Assembly (NCBI RefSeq): GCF_037042905.1
Contig: NC_087247.1
Coordinates: forward strand, 71,052,001-71,116,000
Direction of reading: 5' to 3'
Source: Lytechinus pictus
Lineage: Eukaryota
DNA: 64,000 nt
The notes beneath the pieces are model-generated. The model made no database searches, was not told the DNA's origin, and worked only from the letters and a program-made list of their open reading frames with translations. Position 1 is the first letter of the stretch. Each line of letters starts with the position of its first letter. This document shows positions 51,676-64,000 of this stretch, piece after piece. A program made the translations under genes and the position numbers.

Positions 51676-52912
51676 ATATAAAAGAGGAAGCCCTAATGTT
51701 ATTTTTGTTTTATACACCTTTCTACAAGAAGTGAATAGAGACGAGGTGTAAAGGGATGAAGCAGATGTCTGGCGATCCACACGCAAATTCATTCACACCG
51801 CTGTACATGTGTAATTCCATCCTTCACTTGTTACAGTCACACCAAGGGACTAACACCAAGTCGACCGGTAGTATGCCATCGGAAATAAGATATCTTGCCG
51901 GTCTGGACTATAGGTTTCGTCATTACGTCTGTGCCATTAGTTACACACCCATCCTACTCTACCTCATTAACCAACATACTCTCACCATCATGGGCTGCTA
52001 ATTATCCCTCCAAGTGAAAAGAGTAACCCATCAATGCTGAGCTTTTATTTTTAATCCACATGGAAGATACCTTGCCCACTGATGTTTTATAATTAGAGTG
52101 TTGTGAAGGTGAAAGGCACATACTACTGCTTTGTTTTCTATGGTTGTATTACAGTTGATGAGGATATAGCTAAGAAAATGAGTGAAAAGCGTACTGTGAG
52201 ACTGACATGGGTTTATTGATCTTCACTGCAGGAAGTATCAAGACCTTAGGGGCTAGTGGTTAGTCTTCATCTTTATTGCATCTTCTTTGGTGAGGTTAGA
52301 AACCATATCAGTGTGGCTTACCATTTATAGCATTTAGAATGTCCTATGAATGGTGGTCTACGACGACGGTATTATTTCTTTATCTCTCCCCCACCCCGTC
52401 CTTCCCAAAACCAAGGAGCTGTTGGAAGCTCCTTGCCAAAACACATTTTCATTCTGTCCCAATGAACTTAGAATTGTGTCATAGATTTTCCTTCATGTAA
52501 ACATGTTCAGAAGAGGATTCTTTTTTTTCTTTTAGTCTTCTAAATTAAAATTAGTCTCACTTCTGGGGCAAAGGTATGCAAAGATCATCATCCCTTGCTG
52601 AAAATGACTAATTGTCACATAGTATGCTCACAATGTCTTCACAACTTTACATCGTGGACTATCGTGGCTATAAAAAAAGATGTAATTCGCACTGTTAAAA
52701 TGCTGAAATTGAACAGTGTGAATATAATGTTTTCCACACTATGAAACTATTACTTTGGAGCATTGTCCTTTCTCGCAGGTGAAATATTAGGTGTTATGTT
52801 TTATTAAACGTTTATTGCCAAAGTTAATGTCTGTCCATGATGTTCAGATCTATTATAGATGAAAAATCTCTTTTATGTGTTCCTTTTCGTTTTTTCGTAT
52901 ATCTGTTTCTGC

Positions 52913-53030
52913 TAAATCCAAATAATTTCTTGTGATTAATGTTCCGAATATTCAGTCAGTTGTTTTGATGTTAAATCCAAATAATTTATTTTGATTAATG
53001 TTCCAAATTTTCATTCAGTTGTTTTGATGT
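52913..53030 (+). repeat. Tandem duplication, 2 x 59 bp
   Basis: TAAATCCAAATAATTT...TGATTAATGTTCC...CAGTTGTTTTGATGT occurs twice. Confidence 0.88.
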
Positions 53031-53044
53031 TGGAGTCTTAAAAC

Positions 53045-53344
53045 CATGGGCGGAAATCTGTCCCAAAAGGTAGGGGGGACCAGGGCCTGGAAAATTTGAT
53101 AAGCAAAAAAAAAGTTATCCCCAAAAATGTAAGGTCATTTTAACCCAAACAAAATTTGACAAGCAAAAAAAAAAGGATTTCACCCAAAATGTAAGATCAT
53201 TTAGCCCAAAATACATGTATTATTTCGATTGTGAAGTATTTTTCTCCATCATAAAAGACCAAAAATAGTAGGGGGACATTTGATATTGTGTCCCCCTACT
53301 ATTTTTGGTAGGGGGGACACGTCCCCCTGGGATTTCCGCCCATG
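53045..53344. mobile_element. hAT-type MITE, 300 bp
   Basis: Perfect TIR CATGGGCGGAAATC / GATTTCCGCCCATG; perfect 8-bp TSD CTTAAAAC; internal ~60-bp direct repeat (AAATTTGAxAAGCAAAAAAAAA...GTAAGxTCATTT). Confidence 0.93.
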
Positions 53345-56300
53345 CTTAAAACTAACCTTTAATCTAAGAGAGCTGTGTCTAGGAACTTATCGATCGACAG
53401 AGGGCAGACTTTCACTTTTCTGCACGGGACGAGAAGCAATTTTCGGCGATATACAGTTGATAATTCACAAAGTAACTATTTTTGCTTACTTGTTTAAAGA
53501 CTATACATAACGACTTTCATAATGGCGCATTACGAATTCTACAGTAAATTAAAGAATATAACGTTAATTATAAATGCTCTGAAAAACTAATAGGCTCTAT
53601 TTTTACATGTATTTTACCAGCTCTTTGAAAAGGGGTCTTCGACAGTCTGTCAACTGCTATGCAACCTTGAATAAAATCTTCCCCACGATATATTTGACGC
53701 AAGTCTGACTCTCTAAGTGTGACATATTATTTGGTCCAGTGCATAATATGTTCCACCCGAAAAATTCAGCAAGCATTTATTGAGGCGATTATCACTGAGA
53801 ATAAAGAGGCAAGAGAAAGGGAAATGCTCATCCTCGTATGGTTTTGCCTTAATAATATTCCTTGATTTTAACATTATTGCACTTTTATTTGCCATTTCCA
53901 CACTTGGGTTATTCGACTATAAAGATTTTAAATCACATTGATATTTGCCAAACGGCAACCAAATTGATACATTAGAACATTTTTTTTTTCTGTTAATAAC
54001 ATTATTTAAATTTGTAATATTGTAAAGTAGGTATTCCATGACTTAGCATACTTTAGGGAAATAAAAAAAATACACTTTAAGATGGAATAATATGTCAAAA
54101 TTTCATTGAGGAATTGTAGCTGTTGTAATGATAATAAAACAGTATTTTTGCATGTGCTTTGTGTCTTTCATATTGGGTTAATGCAGAGAAAAGAATAGAG
54201 GAATCGGAATTTAGTTTGTTTTGTTGTATGTATGTATGTTTATGCCACTTATATGTTGTTCGGTCTGAGGGTCCGTATGTTTTCTTTTCATATATATCAA
54301 CCAAAATTATTAGACTTTTGATATTATTGAATCATATAATCGTGAACACAAACGTCCACGATTACCTTGCTCTGACCTATAAAGTCAAGGCCATACATGG
54401 ATTTTTCACTGATTTTTTTTCTTGCACCTCATTGCGTGTCATCTCACCGTAGTACAAATTTCTCATCAAGGCACGAGTGATGTTGTTCTATTTATAAAAA
54501 TGAGTGCTATTGAAAATAAACGTTTTGTTATTATTACTCAGACAGGAGTACCCATTTTCTCGCCTTTATTCTGGAGAAAGGTAAGGTAGATGGGAGACAG
54601 GAAGGGGAGAGAAAAGGTTGAACATTTTAGTAGACTTATGAATACAGTGGTAGGAATGGTGATTCAGGAATTTACCTCTGGCTAGCCAAATATTTTGAAA
54701 GCAAAGCCTTCATATCGATCGGATCCGCCACTACCGAAGAATACCACGCGCCAATTATAGCACCATTAAACCCGGCTGAATATCCACCCACTATCACATT
54801 ATAAGGCCTTTAAAATGTGTCATCCTATTACACATATAGTTTCTGGTTATAATATCATTCTACCGGTTTAGCTTAAAAGCTGCTATCTTTCCTAAATATT
54901 ATGGAAAAGTTTCTTGTGATCTCTATGTGCCGATTATATGTTTTTGGTCAGCCCTATCCCACGGGGCTCGTTACAGATATTAATTCATCTCAGCTTGGTT
55001 TCATAACTCTGTTTTTTTCTCAGGCTGTGTCTCGTTTATATATATATATTGCAGGCACCAGTGTGAATCAATCATCATAAATTAATGCTCTTTTATTTTT
55101 CATGTGGGACAACCAAATGCAATTATAACTTTCAGTTTGTCTCGTTTAGCAGTGCACTGTTCGCAATAAAAGCCATGATATATTTGAGTAAACGCTTGTA
55201 TGATACTTTTAATCGTGCAGTGTTGGGTATCGTAAACATTGATAAATGTATGTAAAACATCTGATGATGTATTGTTAGTGTCGGCCAGAGACATTAACAT
55301 TCATTTTCTCAACTAATGTAGAGGGATTCTCGTTTGCTTGTTTTAGTTTGACGAAACAAAATTGAATCTCTACTCGCAAACAGACAAATTCTCTAAAAGT
55401 GTTATCAATAACAAAGCAATTGAAATGCAAGGATTTTGTTTATGACTTTAATGACAGCAAGTAATAAGCTGGAATTATTATTACAGATTTCGGTGCTTTC
55501 TTTCCATTTTCAAAGAACAAAATCTTTACTCGCTAACAGACAATTTCTGTAAAGTTTTCTAAAAAGTGATTTCAATAACAATTAGTGGGTTTTATGACAT
55601 GGGCAAAATACAATATGCGGGTATGATTCATTTTGGTATATAATAATGAAAGTCATTTATCCCAAGTTAAATTTGACCAGCAAAACAAAAAGGCCCTCAC
55701 TTTTGTATGGATGACATATTCTCATTAACATTATGCCTCTCAAAATGGCGGGGGCACACTTGTATAGAAACGAAATATTTACATTTAAAATATTAACTAT
55801 GACTCTCAAGGGGGGGGGGGGGTGCATGTACCGCATGTGCCACCTCCCTGGATCCACCAATGCTCTGTACTTATTAATAATCACAGTTATCGTTTATTGA
55901 CAGGAGAAATCCTTTTGTATGGTGAGTTTTTATGTAATATACCACGACATTAAGCAAATCAATGAAGAAGTGAAGAAGGTGAAATGTCACAAACTACACT
56001 ATGATAGGAGGAAGCAAAGGTCTTCTCACAAATTGAAACAAACGACTATCATGACTATAGGATGGGAAATCACATCGCATTGTAATAGCTTAGTTGATTT
56101 GTTTTTGGGAATTTACGATCATCTTCTCCATGCTCCAAGGTACAGAGTTGGCATATGAAATTGTGATTTTATTTGAGGCACACCATTTGCAATCTTTGAA
56201 TCCTTATCGACCTTTATTGAATATTTTCCGAGATGTCTGCCTTCCTGTTCCTACATGGGCATGAAAAGGGCAATTTACACACTGTTCTTTTTGGCTATCA

Positions 56301-59300
56301 GTTGTAAACAATATATATATATGTTTTATGTATATAAATAATCATAATTGATGTACATATGTATTCGACTTTCTAGTCACCACGGTCAGTTATTCTTAAT
56401 GTCGTCACCAATATGCCGTGACTGTTTTTTTTTTATGGCCATATATGTGTAGTGCATTCTGGTTAGATTGAAACCTGTCTATAAATGATTATAATTTTTT
56501 TTTTATAATATACCAGTTTCGCTTCAAGTTTAACTCTGAATTAACAGTGGTTGTCAGCCAAGCAATTATCCTGAAACATCAGTGCGAAATTATGACAACC
56601 CTACCATCATATTTGATTTTTATATACCCCTTTTCCGCACATCGTCAATATTTCTGATGAAGCGTTATAATCTAATCAAATAGAAAACAGTCGTGTGGTA
56701 TTGTTGCTTTCAGGTGCTGGTATAACGAACCAATCTTTTCCGAATGGGCAATTTTATCCTAAATGGTCCGCAAAAACACTTGATTTCTTTCACTCGTGCG
56801 GTAATAAATCGAGATCCTTTGTGGGTTTAATTCTACACGATTGTATGGGTAATTTGAAAGTCATCGTTAAGACCCTCATATACGTAGCATACACGTAGCG
56901 ATGCGATATAGTAAGTGGCGTACAGATGGAGGGGGGGGGGGGGGCTTTTTCACGACCAAGAAAAAAAATGAAAGAAAAGGACAGAGAGAAGGGTGTAATA
57001 TGATATGATTTTCTGAATATCGTGTCAAAATCTTTTCCAAAATTTGATTTCTTAATAAAAATGTCGACTTTTTGCTCTCTGGCTTCGTTCGTTCGTTCGC
57101 AACTTTTAATAAATTTTACGCGATACTTCATATTTCAAAATGTATGGCTCATTACGGCACTTATGACAGTATTTACATGGTCGATTGACCGCTACACGCA
57201 TAATCATGAAAATGTATCATCGGAGTAATAATTACATATAGAATCACAATGAAATAATCTGTATGATGCTTTCAGACTATACTGGGGTCTTATTAACTAT
57301 TATGACTTGAGGAAACACTCATGAACGTGTTTAAAATGTGATTAATAGAATTTTATTACAGTGCTCTTCCGTTGTTCACGAGTATTGTTAATTAATATGT
57401 AGTCAACCATCGATGGTATAAAATTTAAAGTAGGAATTGAGGCATGATGAAAACAAAAAAAAAGTCAGAGACTGCTTTAGGACTGGGAAGATCAGTAAAA
57501 CAAAGAAAAAAGACGACCCAAAACTTTCTTTAGGAAAAAAAACACATCACATTCATTCTGCCTCACCAAACATTCATAAGTAAAATAGTTTTAAAAGTTC
57601 TATAAATGTAGGTATCCAGAATTAAAAAAAAACAATTCTGACAAGATAATGAAGATTGAAACTGTACAATTCTGAATTGTCGCTCTCTTCTTTAACATCT
57701 CCCTTGACTGCGTTTCTTAAAAATAGGAGGAAAATACCCTTAAAAGAATACGTGGTTACCATCCTTTTACCATGCGGCTAAAGATGAAAAAATGCCTGTG
57801 TGTCCCAGGAGATATAATCTTCTTAAATCAAGCGACCCATTCGATAGTCCGTGGATTGTAAATATAGAATTCCATTTCTAATGGGCCCTTTGGGAGTGGC
57901 CCTTGTTCTCGGCGCCATGCTTGATTACGTAAAAGAATTTAGGATGAATATAAAGAAGAAATGTTGGGAGATTGGAAGAGACAGAAATAGAATTTCTGCA
58001 TCCAGTCTTTCACTTTTGTATGTTTTGGAAGGAGGGGTATTGGTAAGTAGCTTTGATTGTCATCTTCACTTATACATGTTATACTTGCCTTCTCTCATCT
58101 CACTACCACTTATTTGTCCCTCTTTCACTTTTTTTTTATTCTTCAGTTCCCTTCCAATATTTTTCCAGAGAACACACACACACCCTCACACTCACACACA
58201 AACACAAACACCCCGTTATATTATACCCGCTTCCTCTCTCTTTCTCTCTCATGCTTGTTTTCTTTCTTTAAATCTTTTATTTTTATTTCTATCTTGCTTT
58301 CTATCTCTCTTATTACATGTTGCTCTCTATATACGTATTCTATATACGTTCATCCCTCTGCACTATGCGGACACTTTAATCGTAATTAAGACTACATTAT
58401 TATCTTCATGTCAAAAGCAGGAGGGACTTTTATTTTATTATCCATTATGTCATCATTATTTCGTCTCGCATCCACCCCTCTATTCAGTGAGTAATATTGA
58501 GAGCAAAATTAACAACAGAGTCATCTTGTTTGCAATATGAATTTACACAATTATTTCATTTATGAACATTCAACCAATCAAGAAACGCTGCCAAAATCAA
58601 TAACCTAATTAAGAAGAGATAACTGCCTTGCTTGCATAATAGCTCTATGCTTGCATGGTGCATCAATAGAATCCCCATCAATCCCTTATTCCTCTTTTCT
58701 CCACCTCCCTCCCCCCCCCCCCCTCTCTCTCTCTTCTTCCCAGGTTCTTCTTTTTCTTCCTTTTCTTCTTCCTTTTCTTCAACCTGTATTGAACAATGGA
58801 ATTATATATCACATCTTATTAATGTCTGCAACTACATAGATTCTGCTTCCCTTCACTCATACTAACCACTTATTTTATTGACCGCCATTCAAGTTAATTG
58901 CTTGTAGCAAACACAGGACTTTTAATTAACTTCACATACATTTGAAATGGATTTTAGGACAACGACAGACTTTGCTTTAGGACGTGAGTCTTCCTGTATT
59001 TAATGTACTCGTCTGGAGGATTTATATTTTTTTCCATTGACTAGCAAGACGATGTTTAGTTAAAATATTGGCAAAATGTTGCGGTATTGATCTTCCTGAT
59101 TTTATAAAGGCACCAATAATAGCTATCAAAGAATAAAAAAATATCAAAGTCACTTTGTTAGATTTTAGCTACATAAGAGACTCATTATCAGTTCCTGCTC
59201 GTAGGAAATTTGTCTGTTGTGCCTCGTCGCTGCTCGTTGGATTCCTTATTTTAACTTATGAAATTTATTTCAATATCAGGAATAAATAGATTGGTAAAAT

Positions 59301-62300
59301 ATGTTTAAAAACATATTTTCCATTGATATGCGGATTGATAATGGTGATCGACTTGGAACTTTTAGTAAGTTTCAATGATTTTTTTCAATAAACCTTAAAA
59401 AGGTCTTGATACAAAAATTGAATGCGTTTTTTTTCTTCATTTTCTTACTCCTGTAAATGGAGTTGCAAAATAACGTCTTTCTTGATTCCTTTCACAGTCC
59501 TTTTTAGCGACTTGCGGTACGGTTTTGAAAATACCTAAAATTCCACATCTGGCGTTTGCCAACCCATTCTTTCTATTGGTATAGTATGGGGATTGAAGTA
59601 AAGACAGACGAGTATTACAATCAATCAAACAGCGGAAGTTTTCTGGAATGTCATTAATGGTCTATGGATCTGATTTCATCAGTCGAAACCAATTCTATGT
59701 CACCCGTCGATAACGAAGCTAATTTGCCATCCAGGTCGATTTTCATAAACACAATTGTAAATCTGTCGAGACATCGAGTTATTTCAGGGTTCATATTGAA
59801 TGTTTAGATACACCCCCCCCCCTTTGTTTGATGTACCGCCTTCATTTTCTGCACTTCTTTATACCCTTATCCCTTTACTTTTTTTATTTAAGAACTTTAA
59901 GGAATCCAGCATGTTCAGTCCTGTAGACAGTCAAATATATTTACTAACAAAAATTGTATTTTATAACAATCAAACAGCTTGGATTTTATACCACAGTCAT
60001 GTATTGCAAGAAATAAATCCGATCTAATACACGCATGGTTGCAATGACTCTTGAACCAATATTCGCCAAAAGCAATTTAAGTAATCACCCTTAATTATTG
60101 TGTACTGTATGGGAAGATTTACCATCACATTTCGAATAATACGTTATCCTAAAATGATTTTCGTATAAAGTAGGATGCAGAAGTTGTTCTTTTAGTGGTT
60201 TTATCGGAAGTCTGATTGGAATCATGATGGGTTTAATTCTACATCCTGAATGTCAATGATTCGCATCTTGTCTTGTAGAGATCAAACCCGGTCGGTCATA
60301 CACCTATAATTAGACGATTGCTTTGGTGTATAATGTCCTGTAAAATGCCAAGGGATAGGGACATATAAGAGGCATGCATGTAGTTTAGAAGGGGGTTTGG
60401 TTGGGTATATTTGAGTTAGGTGTCCCAAGAGAACAAAATCTTGCACTCATCAGATTGTGTGATAATGAAATTCAACCGACTGACAACCCTCCCTTGTACC
60501 TCAATTTTACTGTCGTGCATGTGCCCTTCATGCATTTTATTCGAATGCCATGACAGTATTCGTCTTAAGGATGTCGGTGATATTAGTCAAAGTCCTCGTG
60601 ATAGTGCTTGCCTAGCTTTTGATCAAATAGAACAAGGTGGAGGAAGAGACATGTGAATGTGCACATAATATCTAAAAAACGCAGGCAGAGTAGCACTTCT
60701 GCTCGAAACTGATTATTTGTTCTTGGTATTTCTCCTAGGCAAGATCATATCGAGAGGTTTTCCCTTTCCCTTTACACCCTTATCTAAAATCATGCCTTGC
60801 GTCTTTTTATCTATTTTCATGTCACATTTCTGAAGTTGCCTGCCAGGTCTGATACTAAATCTTAAACATGGAGGCATATTTCCGATTCGTGTTTATTTGG
60901 ACTCGTTTTGTATTTGCCAGAGGAAAAATGAAATGAGTAGAATAGAGCATTTCTGCAACATGTATATGATTTTCAGAGGGCATACTGATTGTAATTGCAT
61001 GCATTATTTAGTAATAATGCACATTTTACTGAAATATTAACTTACCCCCCCCCCTCTTAAAAATGTAGGTGAATATAAATTCAGATTGCATGCATCATAC
61101 TGAATATAGTCTATTTAAGATAGAAAGACCTTAATTTTAACTGTTTTTTTTTTTTACTTCCATCTTCCTGATCTCAGATTTCATTTATTTTAATATAATA
61201 CATTACATTTTATTTTGTGGGATGAGAAACGCCTTTAAAAAATACTACTATTCTATTTTGTTCGTAGTGTAATTGCCGTTGTGCCTTGCCATCGATGTAA
61301 ACTGAGTTTGATTATCAATGGACTAATGTAATATAGTATTTTCGTGGATTTGTGGGTATTGCTCTCAGATCTCAATCAGCCGTTTCCGCGATTCTGTGTC
61401 AAACTTTCATTTGTTTGAGAATTATGTGCTTCAACTCACTTGTGTTTTAAAGTCTGATGCAGAACAAGGGTGCTTGAGGGTTGTACATTTCATGAGGGAT
61501 TCTAGAAGAAAGAGCTCTCGAAAATATGCATTCGTGCAAAATATTATTATTAAAGTCAGCTTCATTTTGCTTTTATTTTCATACTTTGTAGGATGGGTTC
61601 GATTAGTTTGATTGTTGGAAAGGAAAATTTAAATTTTACAACATGAAGCTGAGAGCAAATGATAAGCCTGTGCGGGAACGCATCTTTTCTTTATAATTAA
61701 GTAGAATATGAATCATTCAGTTTGAATTAACGACGATTGCACACAATCTTTAAAAACATGATTTCCTAAAAAAAATCCAAATTAACTTTAAAGAAAGAAT
61801 AGGCAACGCTCAGATGTATTCGGGATTGGGTTTACCTCGATAATCTTTTAAAAAGGTAAGATGGACATGTTTCTGAAAACAAAATTGATATCCATAACTT
61901 AAAAGAAATAGTATCCGTGATATCATTTCAATTTTGAGGAATAATTACGCGCTAACAAAGCAAAAGGGATATTTATATATTAATGCATGGTTGTTTTATT
62001 GGCGCCGCGGGTGTGTGTAGGGTGCTTCCTTTATTATACAAAACTGACATCGGTAATCTCGTTTAGGTTTTGATGCCTCTGGTGATAAAGTGTAATGTGA
62101 TGAAATAAGCGTTGGAAACTCGGAGAACAAATTTAATATTGTAGGGAATGAATACGGTGTAAATATGAGGGGAAATTGGAAGGACAGCAATGAAACTGAT
62201 ATACGGTTGAGATCAACGAAAATACAAACGTAAAAAGAGATAGATTTTGTGCTTAAAGGATAGTAAATAATCCCATGAGGGAAGAGGACGGCAGCATTTT

Positions 62301-62529
62301 CTATACTATAAGTATTATTTCTTTGTCTGTTGTACCTCTCTATAGGCCTATTTTTGCAAATATTGATGTCTTATCATCGAAAGCAAACGATACAGGCGAA
62401 AGTTGTTTACTGAAATCCAAAAGGCCCGGATTTAAATTGTAGTGATGATTGAAATGCGAATTGGTTGATGTATGATTATGAACTTGATTTTTGTTCAACT
62501 CATGTTCTCACAATACTCGAAACTTTATA

Positions 62530-62600
62530 TGAATATATATATATATATATATATGTAGATGTACATATATATTTATATATATATATATATTTATATGAAT
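62530..62600. repeat. Interrupted (TA)n microsatellite
   Basis: Direct reading. Confidence 0.85.
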
Positions 62601-62805
62601 ACATATTCTAGACGTGTTTTATATTCATGTTGCTTTATGCAATTCCCTAAAATAGACATATATCGTTGATGAACATGATGTGTTCTTAATATTCAATTAC
62701 GTTTACACAATTTGCTGAGATTATCATAAATGACCGGTATGTTTTCACATTGTATTTGCAACAATAAAACCGCATTCTTATTTCTTTTCAATGATTAGGC
62801 AACAG

Positions 62806-63014
62806 TGATTCTTGAAATATCTCTTTATTGTTGTTTTCTTATCAATCTTTTATTTTGTCTTTGTCTTTATCCTTTATTCACCCTTACCCCTCCCCCCTCT
62901 CTCCCTCTCTCTCTTCATATCTTTCTCTTTTTCACTCTCTCTTTCTTCCTCTTTCTTCCTTTATTTTTCTTCCCCTCTCCCTCCTTATCTCTTTCCCTCT
63001 CCTTCCCTCTCCTT

Positions 63015-63050
<36 letters not shown>

Positions 63051-63091
63051 CTTACAACTTCTTGCCCTTTTCTTCTTCTTTGCGATAACAG
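62806..63091 (+). promoter_or_regulatory. Extended polypyrimidine tract / AG-exclusion zone at the acceptor of exon 63092-63163
   Basis: No AG dinucleotide between 62806 and 63089 (284 nt); mostly C/T including (CT)n. Confidence 0.6.
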
Positions 63092-63163
63092 GGATCAGCT
63101 GAGTCTGGTACCAGTGTTTGGGGGAATAATCAGCAGATCTTCACGGTCACCGGCTTTTATAAG
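63092..63163 (+). CDS. Receptor guanylyl cyclase (NPR-like) exon: N-terminal kinase-homology domain, phosphorylation-site region
   Basis: Long pyrimidine tract plus gataacag acceptor, donor AAG|gtaggt; 72 nt, phase 0/0; GSAESGTSVWGNNQQIFTVTGFYK matches the GC-A/B pattern GS..GS...Q(V/I)F..T(A/G).(Y/F)K. Confidence 0.88.
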
Positions 63164-63194
63164 GTAGGTTGAGTTCAAAGACACAGCTCGATTC

Positions 63195-63348
63195 CAAGGG
63201 CGTAGGCTGGTTTGAGCATGGGGAGGAGGAACTAAAGTTTGGAAAATCAGCTAATGAAAGAAGAGGAAGGGGAACAAATTTCGTTTTGCTTGCCAGTATG
63301 GGATCTCCTCTTCCTCAGCGGTAGGGTGCACCGCAGCCTACGCCCTTG
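63195..63348. mobile_element. 154-bp MITE with 15-bp perfect TIR and 5-bp flanking direct repeat
   Basis: CAAGGGCGTAGGCTG / CAGCCTACGCCCTTG; GATTC on both sides (63190-63194, 63349-63353). Confidence 0.8.
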
Positions 63349-64000
63349 GATTCATTACGCTCAATGCTTTGGGAACATGAATGAAAAAAAATATTAAATT
63401 GTTGGAGTACTTTCACAGATAAGACACGTTTTGGAAGTTGATGTTTCACCAAACGTATAGAGTTTGATTTTACATTTTATGAAGATATCACAATCAGCAT
63501 AAGATATGAAGATAGTATTTCTACTTAGGTTGGTCTAATCGTAAATGAATCGATACATGTGGTGAATATGGCACAAAGTATATTGGAATGATGCTGATTT
63601 GCAATCAAGTGTTCAAAATTATGAATAAAACAGGAAAAAAAGTAATGGCAGTGAAAAGTCAAAATAATTTTTTTATGTTTGAATGTGCAAGATATCGGTT
63701 CGGCATTGTGAGACGAATTTTGCATAATGATGAGCGAAAGTGAAACTCCGTATTAAAATCAAATTAGAGTATGATTTTTTTTTAAATCGACCAGCAATCT
63801 TACATTCTACAGAGATATATACAATAATCCTACAACGATAAGATAACTGTATCCAATGCTTTGGCGTTTTTCTACACCTCTGTGAACTCCTTATCACGCA
63901 TACTGTGTATACCATTACGCACTAGCGATCAGAGTACCACTCCCAAACGCTGATAAACCATTTGTTTACTTTTGAATTTGACTTGCATGACAAGATATAT

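Larger units (their letters stand above)
307..63163 (+). other. Partial multi-exon gene: membrane (receptor) guanylyl cyclase, atrial natriuretic peptide receptor 1/2 (GC-A/GC-B)-like; join(307..401,32290..32428,34188..34266,41985..42105,63092..63163); gene continues beyond both window ends
   Basis: The five exons splice in frame (junction phases 0,1,2,0) to give GISGEISIDENGDRDSDYSLLEMTDIENGTFE|VVGIYYGAKRQYEPVPGKTIDWPGSVIPPDTPKCGFENELCPPTDNS|PMTLWIMGAMAIIILSAVVIILFVLR|KYRLERELSNMSWRIRWEDISFNSKGDKMRKLGSRMSLAS|GSAESGTSVWGNNQQIFTVTGFYK. This is colinear with the recalled GC-A sequence (GDRETDFSL...PPPDIPKCGFDNE...TM...LEKELASELWRVRWED...GSRLTLS...QVFAKTAYYK). The cyclase domain itself lies outside the window. 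Confidence 0.93.

Noticed and set aside
50977-51792. ORFs spanning N runs
   Set aside because: Artefacts of assembly gaps; the flanking exons already join in phase, so no missing exon is required
57851-58540. Longest ORF in the track (229 aa, hydrophobic)
   Set aside because: Built from CT/CA low-complexity tracts; non-ATG start; no domain signature
62805-63167. Three overlapping Leu/Ser/Phe-rich ORFs
   Set aside because: Translations of the pyrimidine tract; the true exon 63092-63163 is not the protein shown in these ORFs

Overview
AT-rich eukaryotic genomic DNA, not prokaryotic. The repeat families suggest a marine invertebrate, probably a sea urchin or other echinoderm (inference). The whole window lies inside one + strand gene, a single-pass receptor guanylyl cyclase of the natriuretic-peptide-receptor type (GC-A/GC-B, NPR1/NPR2-like). 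Five internal coding exons are recoverable with GT-AG sites and consistent phases: 307-401, 32290-32428, 34188-34266, 41985-42105 and 63092-63163. They encode the end of the ligand-binding domain, the juxtamembrane Cys hinge, the TM helix and the start of the kinase-homology domain. The introns (31.9, 1.8, 7.7 and 21.0 kb) are filled with transposon relics: long-palindrome TIR elements, hAT-type MITEs with 8-bp TSDs, a deleted Harbinger, a 5'-truncated L2/Crack LINE, a tRNA-SINE and a Helentron-type element, plus microsatellites and two assembly gaps. Most ORF-track entries are spurious. No clearly novel multi-gene system is demonstrable. The best leads are a possibly regulated 72-nt phospho-site exon behind a 284-nt AG-free tract, a Cys-zinc-finger remnant inside a 1.6-kb palindrome, and several unusual TE architectures.
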